A stretch of DNA of 64,000 nt from Escherichia phage JS98, in sequence record NC_010105.1. The stretch is one strand, 5' to 3'. A model generated the notes under the pieces. That model did no database searches, was not told the DNA's origin, and saw only the letters and a program-made list of their open reading frames with translations. Of the stretch, positions 8,733 through 17,962 are shown in pieces. The number at the start of each line of letters is the position of its first letter. The first letter of the stretch is position 1. A program made the translations under genes and the position numbers.

Positions 8733-10064
8733 TCAAACATAATAGGCATCAGTACGAGCACGGGTAATACTAACATAAGCCAGCTGTGAAGCTAAATTGG
8801 CATCTGCCATGTGCATGCACGGAGTATAGATGAAACTGTTTTGGACAGTAAGACCCTGTGATTTATGAACAGTGCTCACCGGAAGAGCTCGAACCTTAGT
8901 GAACATTCTCTTAGCTTTCCAGAAATCAGCCCACTTAGGTTTCTTACCTGTTCCACGCATAGCCTTGTACTCAGTAGCCACCTTAGCCAAGAAATAATGG
9001 AACTTTTCAACTGAAGCCTCATCAATAACTTTCAAGTGTTCTACATAGTACTCGTCATCCTCATCAACAGATTCAACCTGGAGGTCCCAGTAATTAATCA
9101 TCTGGCGAGTGCCTACATCCTTGGCAGACAAGAACAATGAGGTGTGGTTCACATCTAAAATACGAACCATCTGGCCGTTATTAAAAATGGTTTCAGAGAA
9201 TTTCTTACCGTCGTATTCAAGTTCCTTAATAAAAGGCTCTTGCATCACGAGGATTTCGCCCTTGATATAAGGCGCATCGGTTTCATAAAGCTTTTTACGA
9301 ATAATGCTATTCAGCTTTTCAACTGATTTATTTGTATAAGCAAACATCCTATTCTCAAACAAGGCATCAGCATCTTTTACGATGGAAAAATAATTCATCA
9401 TAAAATCTTTTAAAGCCGTTTGAGATTTGAAACCGTGAACGCCGTGACCTTCGAATATACAATCTCGGAACCATCCACCATTACGGATTTCAGTAGCAAC
9501 CTCAATGATAGGAGCATTACTACGCATTACTTCAGTAAGGTGTAGCTGTTTAATTTTAGGATGGGTAAAGAATGGAGACAACTGAGGACTTCCATCACTT
9601 CCTGGTTCTACAGGTTGTAACTGTGCTCGGTCGCCAATCCCAAGTACAGTGCACCATGGTGGAACTGAAGCTTCGATAATCTTAAACAACTTACCGTCAA
9701 TCATTGAGCCTTCGTCGACCACAAGAACATTACATTTGCTCAAGTCAGGAGCTTCACGTTGTTCAAAAATATCCTGGTCTTCGTATGTAGTCGGGTTAAT
9801 CTTTAAGATTCGGTGAATTGTCGATGCTTCTTGGCCTGCAAGTTTCGACAATACCTTCTTGGCCGCATGTGTAGGTGCGGTCAAAATAACTCCGAGTTCG
9901 CCGTTCTTGACTAAGTGGTCAAGGATAAATTTAGTAAGGGTCGTTTTACCTGTACCGGCAGGACCATTCAATGTAATCCATTCGCCCTTACGTCGTTTAA
10001 TAGCTTCAATGATTTCTTTAAAGGCCGTCCGTTGCCCAATATTCAAGTCTTCAAATGTAATCAT
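8733..10064 (-). CDS. dda: Dda DNA helicase (SF1)
   Basis: 443 aa; Walker A GPAGTGKTT; near-collinear with T4 Dda as recalled. Confidence 0.92.
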   Translation of the reverse strand: MITFEDLNIGQRTAFKEIIEAIKRRKGEWITLNGPAGTGKTTLTKFILDHLVKNGELGVILTAPTHAAKKVLSKLAGQEASTIHRILKINPTTYEDQDIFEQREAPDLSKCNVLVVDEGSMIDGKLFKIIEASVPPWCTVLGIGDRAQLQPVEPGSDGSPQLSPFFTHPKIKQLHLTEVMRSNAPIIEVATEIRNGGWFRDCIFEGHGVHGFKSQTALKDFMMNYFSIVKDADALFENRMFAYTNKSVEKLNSIIRKKLYETDAPYIKGEILVMQEPFIKELEYDGKKFSETIFNNGQMVRILDVNHTSLFLSAKDVGTRQMINYWDLQVESVDEDDEYYVEHLKVIDEASVEKFHYFLAKVATEYKAMRGTGKKPKWADFWKAKRMFTKVRALPVSTVHKSQGLTVQNSFIYTPCMHMADANLASQLAYVSITRARTDAYYV

Positions 10065-10360
10065 GCCAATTTTACTCGCTTAACATATAAAGTGTCTAAA
10101 ATCAATTTTAATTCTCGGGCCCGTTCTTTGGTAGGAAAAACTGTTTTAGTTTCCCACTTATCAAACCACCATTTTCTTGGCGTGCACACTGTTTCAAGGC
10201 GTCCAAGCCGAAGATATCTTTTTGTTGAGATTTCATAAGCCTCTAAAGCAGTGTCGGCTCCAATCTTTGTTGAATACAAAGTCACTTCACCGGCATCTTC
10301 TAATGGAATTTCATACCCGTCTTTGTCCTTGTGAACTAATACGTATGCATAGTACATCAC
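10061..10360 (-). CDS. hypothetical protein (dda.1 position)
   Basis: 99-aa ORF, 4-nt overlap with dda start. Confidence 0.4.
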   Translation of the reverse strand: MMYYAYVLVHKDKDGYEIPLEDAGEVTLYSTKIGADTALEAYEISTKRYLRLGRLETVCTPRKWWFDKWETKTVFPTKERARELKLILDTLYVKRVKLA

Positions 10361-10361
10361 G

Positions 10362-11111
10362 TTAACCTCTAATCAGTGAAAAAATTGAAGCATTCAGCGG
10401 AAGACCTTTTTTCAACTTCAATTTGTCAATAAAAGAAAGGTGTTCTAAACGCTCCAGACCTTGAATAATTTTATCATACATATCGTAACGCGTTTCTGCT
10501 TCAGACAATTTAAACTTAACACGCCAATCAGGTCCACCAATTAAAGATTTAAGACCTTTTTCCATAGTACCGATTGAAGCGTTAGAACCATGGATACGGG
10601 CCTTAACTGCGATAACAGAAGGTGTCTTATCAGTAGCTCCCGATTTAATAAGGTCTTTAAGACGTTTTTCACGTTTTTTAAGACCTCTTTGGGTATCTTT
10701 TATATTTTTAACGATTTTACGGATTTTATAATAGTTATCAGGAGTAACTTTAAAACTATTAGGCATTTTAGAACTACCTGAAATACGAACTGCTAAACGA
10801 GTCTGAGCACGTTTCAGTTCACCAAGGGACAAATCGGCACGTAAGCTGTTATACTTAACTTTAACTGGGATTACATTACCCTCAATATAGCCGATATCGT
10901 TGTTAAAACGTTCAAATGAAATCTTATCATTAACTGAATTTTCATCAAAGTACTCGCCTGAATAAGCGCACACTTTTTGTTCAAGAAGTCTACGAATATA
11001 CTTACTAGACAGATTGAAGTCCTTACCACGTTTATAAGCAGAAGCTTTGGTGTGTTTGCGGCGGTTGTAAACCTTTAACTCAAATTCATCGTTAGTTTTA
11101 ATAGTAGGCAT
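10362..11111 (-). CDS. hypothetical protein in srd position (possibly Srd-like)
   Basis: 249 aa, matches size and map position of T4 srd; identity not verified. Confidence 0.4.
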   Translation of the reverse strand: MPTIKTNDEFELKVYNRRKHTKASAYKRGKDFNLSSKYIRRLLEQKVCAYSGEYFDENSVNDKISFERFNNDIGYIEGNVIPVKVKYNSLRADLSLGELKRAQTRLAVRISGSSKMPNSFKVTPDNYYKIRKIVKNIKDTQRGLKKREKRLKDLIKSGATDKTPSVIAVKARIHGSNASIGTMEKGLKSLIGGPDWRVKFKLSEAETRYDMYDKIIQGLERLEHLSFIDKLKLKKGLPLNASIFSLIRG

Positions 11112-11151
11112 GATATTTTTCTCATCTTACGGACGATTAGTTGATAGGTCT

Positions 11152-11180
11152 ATAGTATCATGTTGCTTAATAAAGTAAAC
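11152..11180 (-). promoter_or_regulatory. early promoter (GTTTAC-N17-TACTAT)
   Basis: atagta 11152-11157, gtaaac 11175-11180. Confidence 0.6.
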
Positions 11181-11249
11181 ACTTTTTTGCTTTAAATTTT
11201 CAACGGTATAATGAATCAAGGACTTTGCCTTTCAATTAAACCGGGTGGT

Positions 11250-11864
11250 TCAGTAAGAAAGAACGGAAAGATTCCAAATGGTGTAATTATTCCATTTAGG
11301 ATTTCTCTCAATAGAGTCTACGCGCAGCGTAGTTCCCGCAGGGAACATCATCTCATCTTCATCATTAATTAATTGTAAGTTTGCTACACGTGTAGATTCA
11401 GGAAATGCGCCTGGGAACTCTTCAGGGGGCGCAGCACATAACATTTTAAAGATTTCTTCCTGATAATTGTACACAAATGGCGCATCATTAATACAAAAGA
11501 TATTAAATGTGCCGTAGAAGTTATAAGATGCGAAATTCCTTGCTACGTTGAAGTCTTTAGAGAAGCTCATCACACGATCGAATTCAATTACCGCACCCAC
11601 ACACATTGTGGACTCTAGATACTTCAGGGTCTTTTTAGATATACCACGATAGAGCTTATCAGGCACTACAGAAGTCAGGTTCTTACGAATAATTTTGTTC
11701 AGAGTTTCCTGGATAGAATCAGGTTTATTTTCCATACACTGCCAGAGCGTGCTCTGTTCTAAATCAGAATACACCTCATCAATTTCTATCTGGGTATTCT
11801 CACGGAAATCGTCGCATTTGGCATTGTTGATAAATTCTGCTAATTTATGGCTTGGATATAACAT
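11250..11864 (-). CDS. modA: ADP-ribosyltransferase, ModA-like
   Basis: 204 aa; R (LYRG), S-x-S (MSFSK) and E-x-E (EDE) motifs; paralog of next gene; T4 position. Confidence 0.65.
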   Translation of the reverse strand: MLYPSHKLAEFINNAKCDDFRENTQIEIDEVYSDLEQSTLWQCMENKPDSIQETLNKIIRKNLTSVVPDKLYRGISKKTLKYLESTMCVGAVIEFDRVMSFSKDFNVARNFASYNFYGTFNIFCINDAPFVYNYQEEIFKMLCAAPPEEFPGAFPESTRVANLQLINDEDEMMFPAGTTLRVDSIERNPKWNNYTIWNLSVLSY

Positions 11865-11889
11865 ATTATTCTCCTCAGTTGATAGAAAG

Positions 11890-11919
11890 ATAGTACCACA
11901 AGCTTCCTTGCCTGTAAAC
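11890..11919 (-). promoter_or_regulatory. early promoter
   Basis: GTTTAC-N18-TACTAT on minus strand, just upstream of modA-like gene. Confidence 0.5.
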
Positions 11920-12488
11920 TAAAAATCCAACATTTTTAAATGAATTATTTTGTACTCGATGTCGTATGGGTCTCTTTTGATAGTTTCGATTTCAACAATC
12001 TCAAATCGTGATAGGCTAGAGACCATGAACTCACATTCGGTTTCGACCATATCATAGAGGTCAATACGGGTTTCATCTATTTCAAGTTCGTCCGCACTCC
12101 CTGCAAGAACAAGGTCGATAGCATGATTGTAGTAGTCAAAAATGAAGGGTGCATTCCTGAGACTTAAAATGGTTTTGGTTCCATATTCCCATGACCCTGC
12201 GAACTGGCAAGCCTGAGAGTATTGTGTACTAAAAGAAGTAACCCGGCCAGGAGACCATTGACATCCTACTGAAAGGAGCTCTAATTGCCCAAGTTCTCTG
12301 GTGGTAATCCCACGATAAAGCTCTACCGGAACCACTGAAGTGACATGCTTACGAACCAGTTTGTCTAGGTCGTAATGGAAGTTAGGGTCTTTTTTGGCAT
12401 CCAGACATTTCTCTAACAACGCTTGTTCAGATTTTGAAAATTTGGAATTGATTCGGTCTTGATAAAGACATTTTTGTTCGATGTTCAT
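11919..12488 (-). CDS. modB: ADP-ribosyltransferase, ModB-like
   Basis: 189 aa; LYRG, TSFST and ECE motifs. Confidence 0.65.
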   Translation of the reverse strand: MNIEQKCLYQDRINSKFSKSEQALLEKCLDAKKDPNFHYDLDKLVRKHVTSVVPVELYRGITTRELGQLELLSVGCQWSPGRVTSFSTQYSQACQFAGSWEYGTKTILSLRNAPFIFDYYNHAIDLVLAGSADELEIDETRIDLYDMVETECEFMVSSLSRFEIVEIETIKRDPYDIEYKIIHLKMLDF

Positions 12489-12540
12489 ATGACCTCCAGT
12501 GATTTAGAGGTCATTATAACATGAAGGGAGGAGGTGTAAA

Positions 12541-12795
12541 CTACTTAAACACACCGAGTGGGACGCCAAACACCGCAATGTCAGCGGCTTGGCCTGTTAG
12601 GGATTGGGTATATGAAGTATAAGAGCTTTTTGTTTCATAAGAGCTTTTTATTTCCGGCGCCTTGGCCGTAATCTTAGGAGCTTTTGCCTGAATATTTTTT
12701 TGCTCGATTTCCTTACGGGCTTGTTTACGGTCGATATCTAATGCCGATGTAGGTATATTAGTTAGCCAATTCATTATTTTACCCAAGGTGCCCAT
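12541..12795 (-). CDS. hypothetical protein
   Basis: 84-aa ORF. Confidence 0.35.
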   Translation of the reverse strand: MGTLGKIMNWLTNIPTSALDIDRKQARKEIEQKNIQAKAPKITAKAPEIKSSYETKSSYTSYTQSLTGQAADIAVFGVPLGVFK

Positions 12796-12962
12796 GGTGG
12801 AGGGTCTTGATAGTAAGAAGCAAGGTCAGCCAGGGCATCTTTAGGCAACTTAAAACCGTGCTTCTGTATAATCATATCAAGTTCATTGACAAGGTCAATA
12901 GGCGGCTCCTGAGTTGTTTCAGGCTCAGGGTCCGGAATGACAAACATATCAAATAAGTCCAT
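12774..12962 (-). CDS. hypothetical protein
   Basis: 62-aa ORF. Confidence 0.35.
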   Translation of the reverse strand: MDLFDMFVIPDPEPETTQEPPIDLVNELDMIIQKHGFKLPKDALADLASYYQDPPPWAPWVK

Positions 12963-13453
12963 TAGTAACCACCGATAGGACCATAACCATACATACGAGC
13001 TCGTAACTTAGCATCACGAATAGCTTCTTCGGTCGGGGTAAAACGCAAACCAATATCAAAGTGTTTCCAAATCTGACATTCTACCTCCGTCAGGTCTTCG
13101 ACGGTAGAAATCAGATAAGTACGACCTTTAAGACGTTCAGTAGCCATTCTATCTCTATCTTTATAGAAAATATCCATTGTTCCTTCGGCATACGGGTCTG
13201 CCGGGTAACGATAGCCTTTGATATGCAAGGCTTGAGCCACACTAAAAGGGCATCCCTCAGCGACATCAACATTTTTGTTATGGTAAGCCTTCATCAGAAT
13301 ATTTTCTGGCAGCTTAATATCTTTTAATCGTGTTTCTAACTGGGTTATAGAATTCATACCATTGTCGACAAAGATAAGACACGCCGTAGCATCATAAGGA
13401 CGCGTTTGGCCTGATGAATCACGTACATGGAATTCGAGTTCATAGACTTTCAT
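12962..13453 (-). CDS. hypothetical protein
   Basis: 163-aa ORF. Confidence 0.45.
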   Translation of the reverse strand: MKVYELEFHVRDSSGQTRPYDATACLIFVDNGMNSITQLETRLKDIKLPENILMKAYHNKNVDVAEGCPFSVAQALHIKGYRYPADPYAEGTMDIFYKDRDRMATERLKGRTYLISTVEDLTEVECQIWKHFDIGLRFTPTEEAIRDAKLRARMYGYGPIGGY

Positions 13454-13603
13454 TATGTTTTCCTCTTTTTAGTTTACCTACTAAAGGACCGTCCGGAATT
13501 TTATTTTCCTGGATGTATTTCTCGTTTTCTTCCATCATTTTACTACCAATTTTAAGAAGCAAATCCATTGCCTCTTTAGTACGTGCTTCAGCTTCTTCAA
13601 TAG

Positions 13604-13804
13604 TCATGATTTATCTCCATAGATATCACGCATAATCCTAAGGGCCTCGCGTTCTAATTTCTTTTCGCGTTCGTCACGGATGCCTTTAAGAATCCATTCC
13701 TCGGATTCACGTTTCATTTCTGCATTAGCTTGGTCTAACCAACCGTCATCAAGATAATCACCGGGGCGGTCCAGCCAATCTTTAAGCCATGATAAAGGTT
13801 TCAT
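13604..13804 (-). CDS. hypothetical protein
   Basis: 66-aa ORF. Confidence 0.35.
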   Translation of the reverse strand: MKPLSWLKDWLDRPGDYLDDGWLDQANAEMKRESEEWILKGIRDEREKKLEREALRIMRDIYGDKS

Positions 13805-14151
13805 TAATCACACGAGCTAGACGATGAGTCACAGCTTCCCGAGTCAGAATAAGACGAATCGCCGGTCCAAGAACTAACAGCAGCCGCTACTACAATAGGA
13901 GTGGTATCAATATAATTTTGCCTTTGCGCTCGCTCGTCTTTTAATTTTTCTAAACGGGCTTTTAATTCGTCGGCATTTAAGCTCGAAGCGTGAGACCCAA
14001 CATTGCCTGCTTTTTCAGGCTGACGGATAACTTCTTCCATCATACCGTCGCCCATATAAACATATTCTCTTAGCTTGACATCTGAAGGCCTAATAGGGAC
14101 CGCGCCTTCGCCCGGTCTAATTTTGAAAAAATTCTTAAGCCAACGAATCAT
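13804..14151 (-). CDS. hypothetical protein with Ser/Asp/Cys-rich C-terminal tail
   Basis: 115 aa ending SWTGDSSYSDSGSCDSSSSSCD. Confidence 0.4.
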   Translation of the reverse strand: MIRWLKNFFKIRPGEGAVPIRPSDVKLREYVYMGDGMMEEVIRQPEKAGNVGSHASSLNADELKARLEKLKDERAQRQNYIDTTPIVVAAAVSSWTGDSSYSDSGSCDSSSSSCD

Positions 14152-14381
14152 AGGAAACCTCGTTTAAATTCAACCTTATCAATATCATCAGTCTCGTGAC
14201 GGATTTCAGCATTAAATTCGATAGAACCGTCTTCATGCATCATAAATGAATGGACAATAACTTCGGTATACCAAGGAGTATAGAAGTACTTTTTCAATAC
14301 GTGATTAGCGATAATTTCATCCAAAGTTTTATTTGGTTTAATCCAACGATTTAACATAGTGTTCTCCTCTATAAGATACAT
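14148..14381 (-). CDS. hypothetical protein
   Basis: 77-aa ORF. Confidence 0.35.
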   Translation of the reverse strand: MYLIEENTMLNRWIKPNKTLDEIIANHVLKKYFYTPWYTEVIVHSFMMHEDGSIEFNAEIRHETDDIDKVEFKRGFL

Positions 14382-14427
14382 CTATCTTAACATGGCCTAC
14401 TCGTAAAGTAAACTACTAAAACGAAAA

Positions 14428-14447
14428 AAGGAACCCGAAGGTTCCTT
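14428..14447 (-). terminator. intrinsic terminator downstream of soc
   Basis: aaggaacc-cgaa-ggttcctt; minus strand followed by TTTTTTCGTTTT. Confidence 0.6.
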
Positions 14448-14451
14448 ATAA

Positions 14452-14685
14452 TTAAACAATATCGGTAGGCGTAAACATCGCCGCGTTCTTAGTTCGCCAA
14501 TCGGCTGCATCAGTCACTACAGTAGTATAGGCTGCAACGGCCGAAGGGAAAGTCTGATAATGAGCATTGGCAATACGATGCTCATTTGAATAGATTTCAA
14601 ACGGAACTGAAACCTCAGTACCTTTAACTTCTTTACCTTCACCGGCTGGATGCGTAAAGGTTTTGATATTAACGAAACCACCCAT
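14452..14685 (-). CDS. soc: small outer capsid protein Soc
   Basis: 77 aa; GFVNIKTF...AHYQTFPS matches T4 Soc as recalled; SD AAGGAG. Confidence 0.85.
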   Translation of the reverse strand: MGGFVNIKTFTHPAGEGKEVKGTEVSVPFEIYSNEHRIANAHYQTFPSAVAAYTTVVTDAADWRTKNAAMFTPTDIV

Positions 14686-14716
14686 AATTAACTCCTTTGT
14701 TGTTTAATTACAGGTG

Positions 14717-14724
14717 TATTTATA
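14717..14724 (-). promoter_or_regulatory. late promoter TATAAATA upstream of soc
   Basis: plus tatttata = minus TATAAATA, about 30 nt upstream of soc ATG. Confidence 0.5.
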
Positions 14725-14726
14725 AC

Positions 14727-15266
14727 TTAATAACCTCGGTCTTGACGAGCAAAGTTCTCGGCATTTTTCAGGTAATACAGTTTAAAGATTTCTTCAGCGG
14801 TCAGTCCAAGACCCTGGAACATATTCAGAACAAAGTGCAGAATATCAATCATTTCGAATTTAATTTCGAGCTGGTCTTCAGGAGACAAATCGTTAATCAG
14901 GGTTTCACGACGTTCAGCATGTTGAGCTTTCCAAGGCTTCCATACTGCAGATGCATCTTTTTCACCATTGCTCATACCACCAAGAGAAGTCAGAAGTTCA
15001 CGGAATTCGTCATCAATATAATCTTTCTGGTTGCGAAGCCAATCGACAACTTCACCTGCAGTGGCCAAATCATCAGGATGACGATTATATTCAGGCTTAT
15101 CTTTAGCTAAACGAACCTGCAAAGATTTCTGCATATCAAGCATAACCTGCAGAGGGTCTTTATCTTCGTGAATCAGAGCATTAAAATAAGCTTCTTCAGC
15201 TTTATCGGCACCGGCAATCAGTTGAGAACATTCATTAAAATGAGCCATTATATTTTTCCTTATCAA
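14727..15266 (-). CDS. 56: dCTPase/dUTPase gp56 (MazG-like)
   Basis: 179 aa; EIKFEMIDILHFVLN MazG-like core; position next to soc as in T4. Confidence 0.8.
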   Translation of the reverse strand: MIRKNIMAHFNECSQLIAGADKAEEAYFNALIHEDKDPLQVMLDMQKSLQVRLAKDKPEYNRHPDDLATAGEVVDWLRNQKDYIDDEFRELLTSLGGMSNGEKDASAVWKPWKAQHAERRETLINDLSPEDQLEIKFEMIDILHFVLNMFQGLGLTAEEIFKLYYLKNAENFARQDRGY

Positions 15267-15313
15267 TTCATTTGTTAGTAAGTTAGATAATTATAAACTG
15301 CTAGATTAAAGCG

Positions 15314-15321
15314 AATAAATA
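15314..15321 (+). promoter_or_regulatory. possible late-type promoter (aATAAATA) for plus-strand ORF
   Basis: 7/8 match to TATAAATA about 22 nt upstream of ATG at 15343. Confidence 0.25.
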
Positions 15322-15342
15322 TTAATTTAACAGGAGGATAAC

Positions 15343-15543
15343 ATGGGTAGTATTTTTTACCAAATCTGGAAATTGGCTGAAAAGAAAGACAAGAAAATGA
15401 TGTTAGGTTTTCTTGCGCTAGACGTATTCCTTTGGAATCTTTTAGTAGTTCCTGTAGCCGCTAGCCAAGGGGTAATTTTACCAGCGGTTACAATGGAACA
15501 CGTATTAAGCATAATTGGATTCTTTAGCGGAGTTCCTGTCTAA
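15343..15543 (+). CDS. small membrane protein (two hydrophobic segments)
   Basis: 66 aa; strong SD AGGAGG 7 nt upstream; fills the only plus-strand gap between 56 and 61. Confidence 0.5.
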   Translation: MGSIFYQIWKLAEKKDKKMMLGFLALDVFLWNLLVVPVAASQGVILPAVTMEHVLSIIGFFSGVPV

Positions 15544-16568
15544 ATTTTAGAATATTTTGAAAGCCTCATTTTTGCCATTAACCCTTGGGCTATATTAGCT
15601 TTCATATATGCCAATACATCATTTATATCAGCTTTATCTTTCATAACCATATCATTTATATCTTTAGAAGGCCATGGAGCCTTGTCCCAGAATAGAACCC
15701 TTTCGCCGGCATCAACTAATCGTTGCATACGCTTAATTGTGTCAGGATGACGGGGTTCATTGTCCATTACCCAAGCACGAGTTTCTTTACATGGAACCAT
15801 AGCCAAGTCCAACGACCCGCCAGTAATTGCTATTGCATTAGGTACGAATAATGAATCAATAGGACCTTCCATTACCCACACCAATTGACGTTCGTCAACT
15901 GTATCCATTCCATATATTTTTGTAGCTTGGTCATGAGCTTTTATTGTAATATATTTTTGTGGAGCATCTTTACGTAAGGCTCGGCCCTGAAAACTTTCAA
16001 TTTGTTTATTCTTATTGAAAATTGGAATAACCAAACGTGGTTCAGGCATTTCTTTGGAATAGGTCCCTGGATTAACAGAGTTCACCAATGCAGGCCATTC
16101 TTTAGTAAACCATAACCGATTCCATTTATTTTCAGGAATGCACCGCAGAGTTACATACTTAATAATAGGATGGTCTTTCGGCATTCTATCTAATCGTTCA
16201 CAGAAATTAAGCTTTTCAATGACAGGCATCTTAGCTTTAATTTTTTCAGATATCTCCACCTTAGGTGCAGCTTGTCTCCCGAACGATTGCTCTTTATGTT
16301 TCTCAAGAATATATTCGCGATATAAATCAGGCTCATATTCGTATAGGTACTTCTTAATTCCTGCTGAATAATCACAGTTAAAACAATGTAGCATTACAGA
16401 GCCGTCATTGGCTGGATAGGCCCAGAATCGAGCTTTGTTTTCATCTTTTTGGGAGTCACCACATACACGGCAACGACAATTTAATTTAAAATCACTACCA
16501 GTTACTTGTCTGAATTTAGGTTGGTAATTCAAGGCACGTACAGCAAATTCTCTATCGACATATGACAT
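15540..16568 (-). CDS. 61: DNA primase gp61
   Basis: 342 aa; zinc-binding CRCRVCGD...HCFNC; length and position as T4 gp61. Confidence 0.9.
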   Translation of the reverse strand: MSYVDREFAVRALNYQPKFRQVTGSDFKLNCRCRVCGDSQKDENKARFWAYPANDGSVMLHCFNCDYSAGIKKYLYEYEPDLYREYILEKHKEQSFGRQAAPKVEISEKIKAKMPVIEKLNFCERLDRMPKDHPIIKYVTLRCIPENKWNRLWFTKEWPALVNSVNPGTYSKEMPEPRLVIPIFNKNKQIESFQGRALRKDAPQKYITIKAHDQATKIYGMDTVDERQLVWVMEGPIDSLFVPNAIAITGGSLDLAMVPCKETRAWVMDNEPRHPDTIKRMQRLVDAGERVLFWDKAPWPSKDINDMVMKDKADINDVLAYMKANIAQGLMAKMRLSKYSKI

Positions 16569-16606
16569 TATTTTTCCTTGGGCTCTAAATTAATAGAGCC
16601 ATTATA

Positions 16607-16768
16607 TCATTCGTTTTCGGATTTTTCTTTACGCTTTTTAGATGGGATTTGTTCAGGCCCTTTGTTGACGACTGCGCCTGAGGTAGTTCCGGAGGCAATA
16701 TTAGATGGATTTCCACCAGCATCGCCTGCGACCATATCTTCGTTCATAACTTCTTTAAAAGATTTCAT
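16607..16768 (-). CDS. possible small Gly/Ser-rich, Lys-tailed protein
   Basis: 53-aa ORF not in track; SD AGGAG; immediately downstream of a TATAAATA element. Confidence 0.3.
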   Translation of the reverse strand: MKSFKEVMNEDMVAGDAGGNPSNIASGTTSGAVVNKGPEQIPSKKRKEKSENE

Positions 16769-16781
16769 AGGCTCCTGGCCT

Positions 16782-16789
16782 TATTTATA
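16782..16789 (-). promoter_or_regulatory. late promoter TATAAATA
   Basis: plus tatttata at 16782-16789. Confidence 0.35.
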
Positions 16790-16976
16790 TTACGAAAATA
16801 GCTTTATCACCATTTGCATCAGTGACTTCATACGTATCTTCGTGGTAAAGTGGAATAATCCAAGTTACGCCATCGCCTGCAATAATATGGATAGCTTCTT
16901 GGTCTTTTGATACGATTTCATATTCTTCGAACAGTTCGAATACAGAAATCTTAGAGCCCGTACACATTGCAGTCAT
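16785..16976 (-). CDS. hypothetical protein
   Basis: 63-aa ORF; start uncertain. Confidence 0.3.
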   Translation of the reverse strand: MTAMCTGSKISVFELFEEYEIVSKDQEAIHIIAGDGVTWIIPLYHEDTYEVTDANGDKAIFVI

Positions 16977-17172
16977 ATTGTTCCCTTCTTTTAATCAGTT
17001 GACGGTGTGCCTTTTTAAGCTTACGAATCTGTCTTTTAGTAGGTCGTGCAACGTAAGCCTGAGTAGTTACTCGTCCAAAAACGCCGTACTTGGGCGAAGG
17101 AGAATCAATAAAGACTTCCCACTGACAAGAGTAACTATACACTGCTTTAGAGAATTGAGTTAAGACAAACAT
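16951..17172 (-). CDS. small basic protein, PTKRQIR-motif family
   Basis: 73 aa; C-terminal ARPTKRQIRKLKKAHRQLIKRRE. Confidence 0.45.
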   Translation of the reverse strand: MFVLTQFSKAVYSYSCQWEVFIDSPSPKYGVFGRVTTQAYVARPTKRQIRKLKKAHRQLIKRREQYDCNVYGL

Positions 17173-17173
17173 A

Positions 17174-17608
17174 TCAACCTCGGTTCATAAAGGCATTAAA
17201 AATCTGGTCGTCAATTGAATAAACCGGAGCTTCCAGAATTTTCAACAGACTGTTTTTGATATACTTGCTAGGGATATCCATATTAACGCGGTCGTTCAAT
17301 TCGTTGCCCGGGTGGATATCTTTAAATTCGAATCCTTCAAATTCAACCTTGTCCGGAAACCCGTCAGCGAAAAAATAAACCAATTGGTGCATTGCATTGA
17401 GCGAAAATAATTTAGACTTAACAGCAATAAGTTCTTGCCAATGGTTTAATTCTCTGTTAAGAAGTTTATGAGCGAATACAATTCTATCGTCGCTATCAAC
17501 AATAAAATAACCTAGGTACTGATGGTCGTCGCTCCAAAACATCCTGTATGCTTGTGCGTTTGGATTTTTACAACGAAGCTTTTTAATAACCAAAGTTCTG
17601 TTAATCAT
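17174..17608 (-). CDS. hypothetical protein
   Basis: start re-placed to ATG 17608 (MINRTLV), 1 nt after upstream stop. Confidence 0.4.
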   Translation of the reverse strand: MINRTLVIKKLRCKNPNAQAYRMFWSDDHQYLGYFIVDSDDRIVFAHKLLNRELNHWQELIAVKSKLFSLNAMHQLVYFFADGFPDKVEFEGFEFKDIHPGNELNDRVNMDIPSKYIKNSLLKILEAPVYSIDDQIFNAFMNRG

Positions 17609-17609
17609 T

Positions 17610-17903
17610 TTACTCACCTGTAACCTCTTTAACAATGTTTTTGTTATCGAAATTAGCGTCACAATACAAAACATAGTTGTACTGCATAACACCGGTTGAA
17701 GCTAATTGGTCGGACACTTCTTTAACCATGTCAGGACGGTCACGTTTAGTGATGTTCATGATATCGGCATAAATCTGATGTTCAACTGACTCTTGGTCTG
17801 CAGTCATAGACCATTCACAAAGGTCTTTATCCAATCCGGCAGTTACCGGAGCCGTGCCACATGATGCTACTGTAAGGATTGCTGCGATTAATAACTTTTT
17901 CAT
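17610..17903 (-). CDS. putative lipoprotein
   Basis: 97 aa; MKKLLIAAILTVASC signal peptide with lipobox; SD GAGGAG; early promoter upstream. Confidence 0.5.
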   Translation of the reverse strand: MKKLLIAAILTVASCGTAPVTAGLDKDLCEWSMTADQESVEHQIYADIMNITKRDRPDMVKEVSDQLASTGVMQYNYVLYCDANFDNKNIVKEVTGE

Positions 17904-17931
17904 TTTTAACTCCTCATTAGTGGATAGGTCT

Positions 17932-17961
17932 ATAGTATCACTACCATAGACCGATGTAAAC
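17932..17961 (-). promoter_or_regulatory. early promoter
   Basis: GTTTAC-N18-TACTAT. Confidence 0.55.
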
Positions 17962-17962
17962 T

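Noticed and set aside
10244-10250. MotA-box-like TGCTTTA inside ORF 10061-10360
   Set aside because: No suitably spaced -10 element and it is intragenic; likely a chance match
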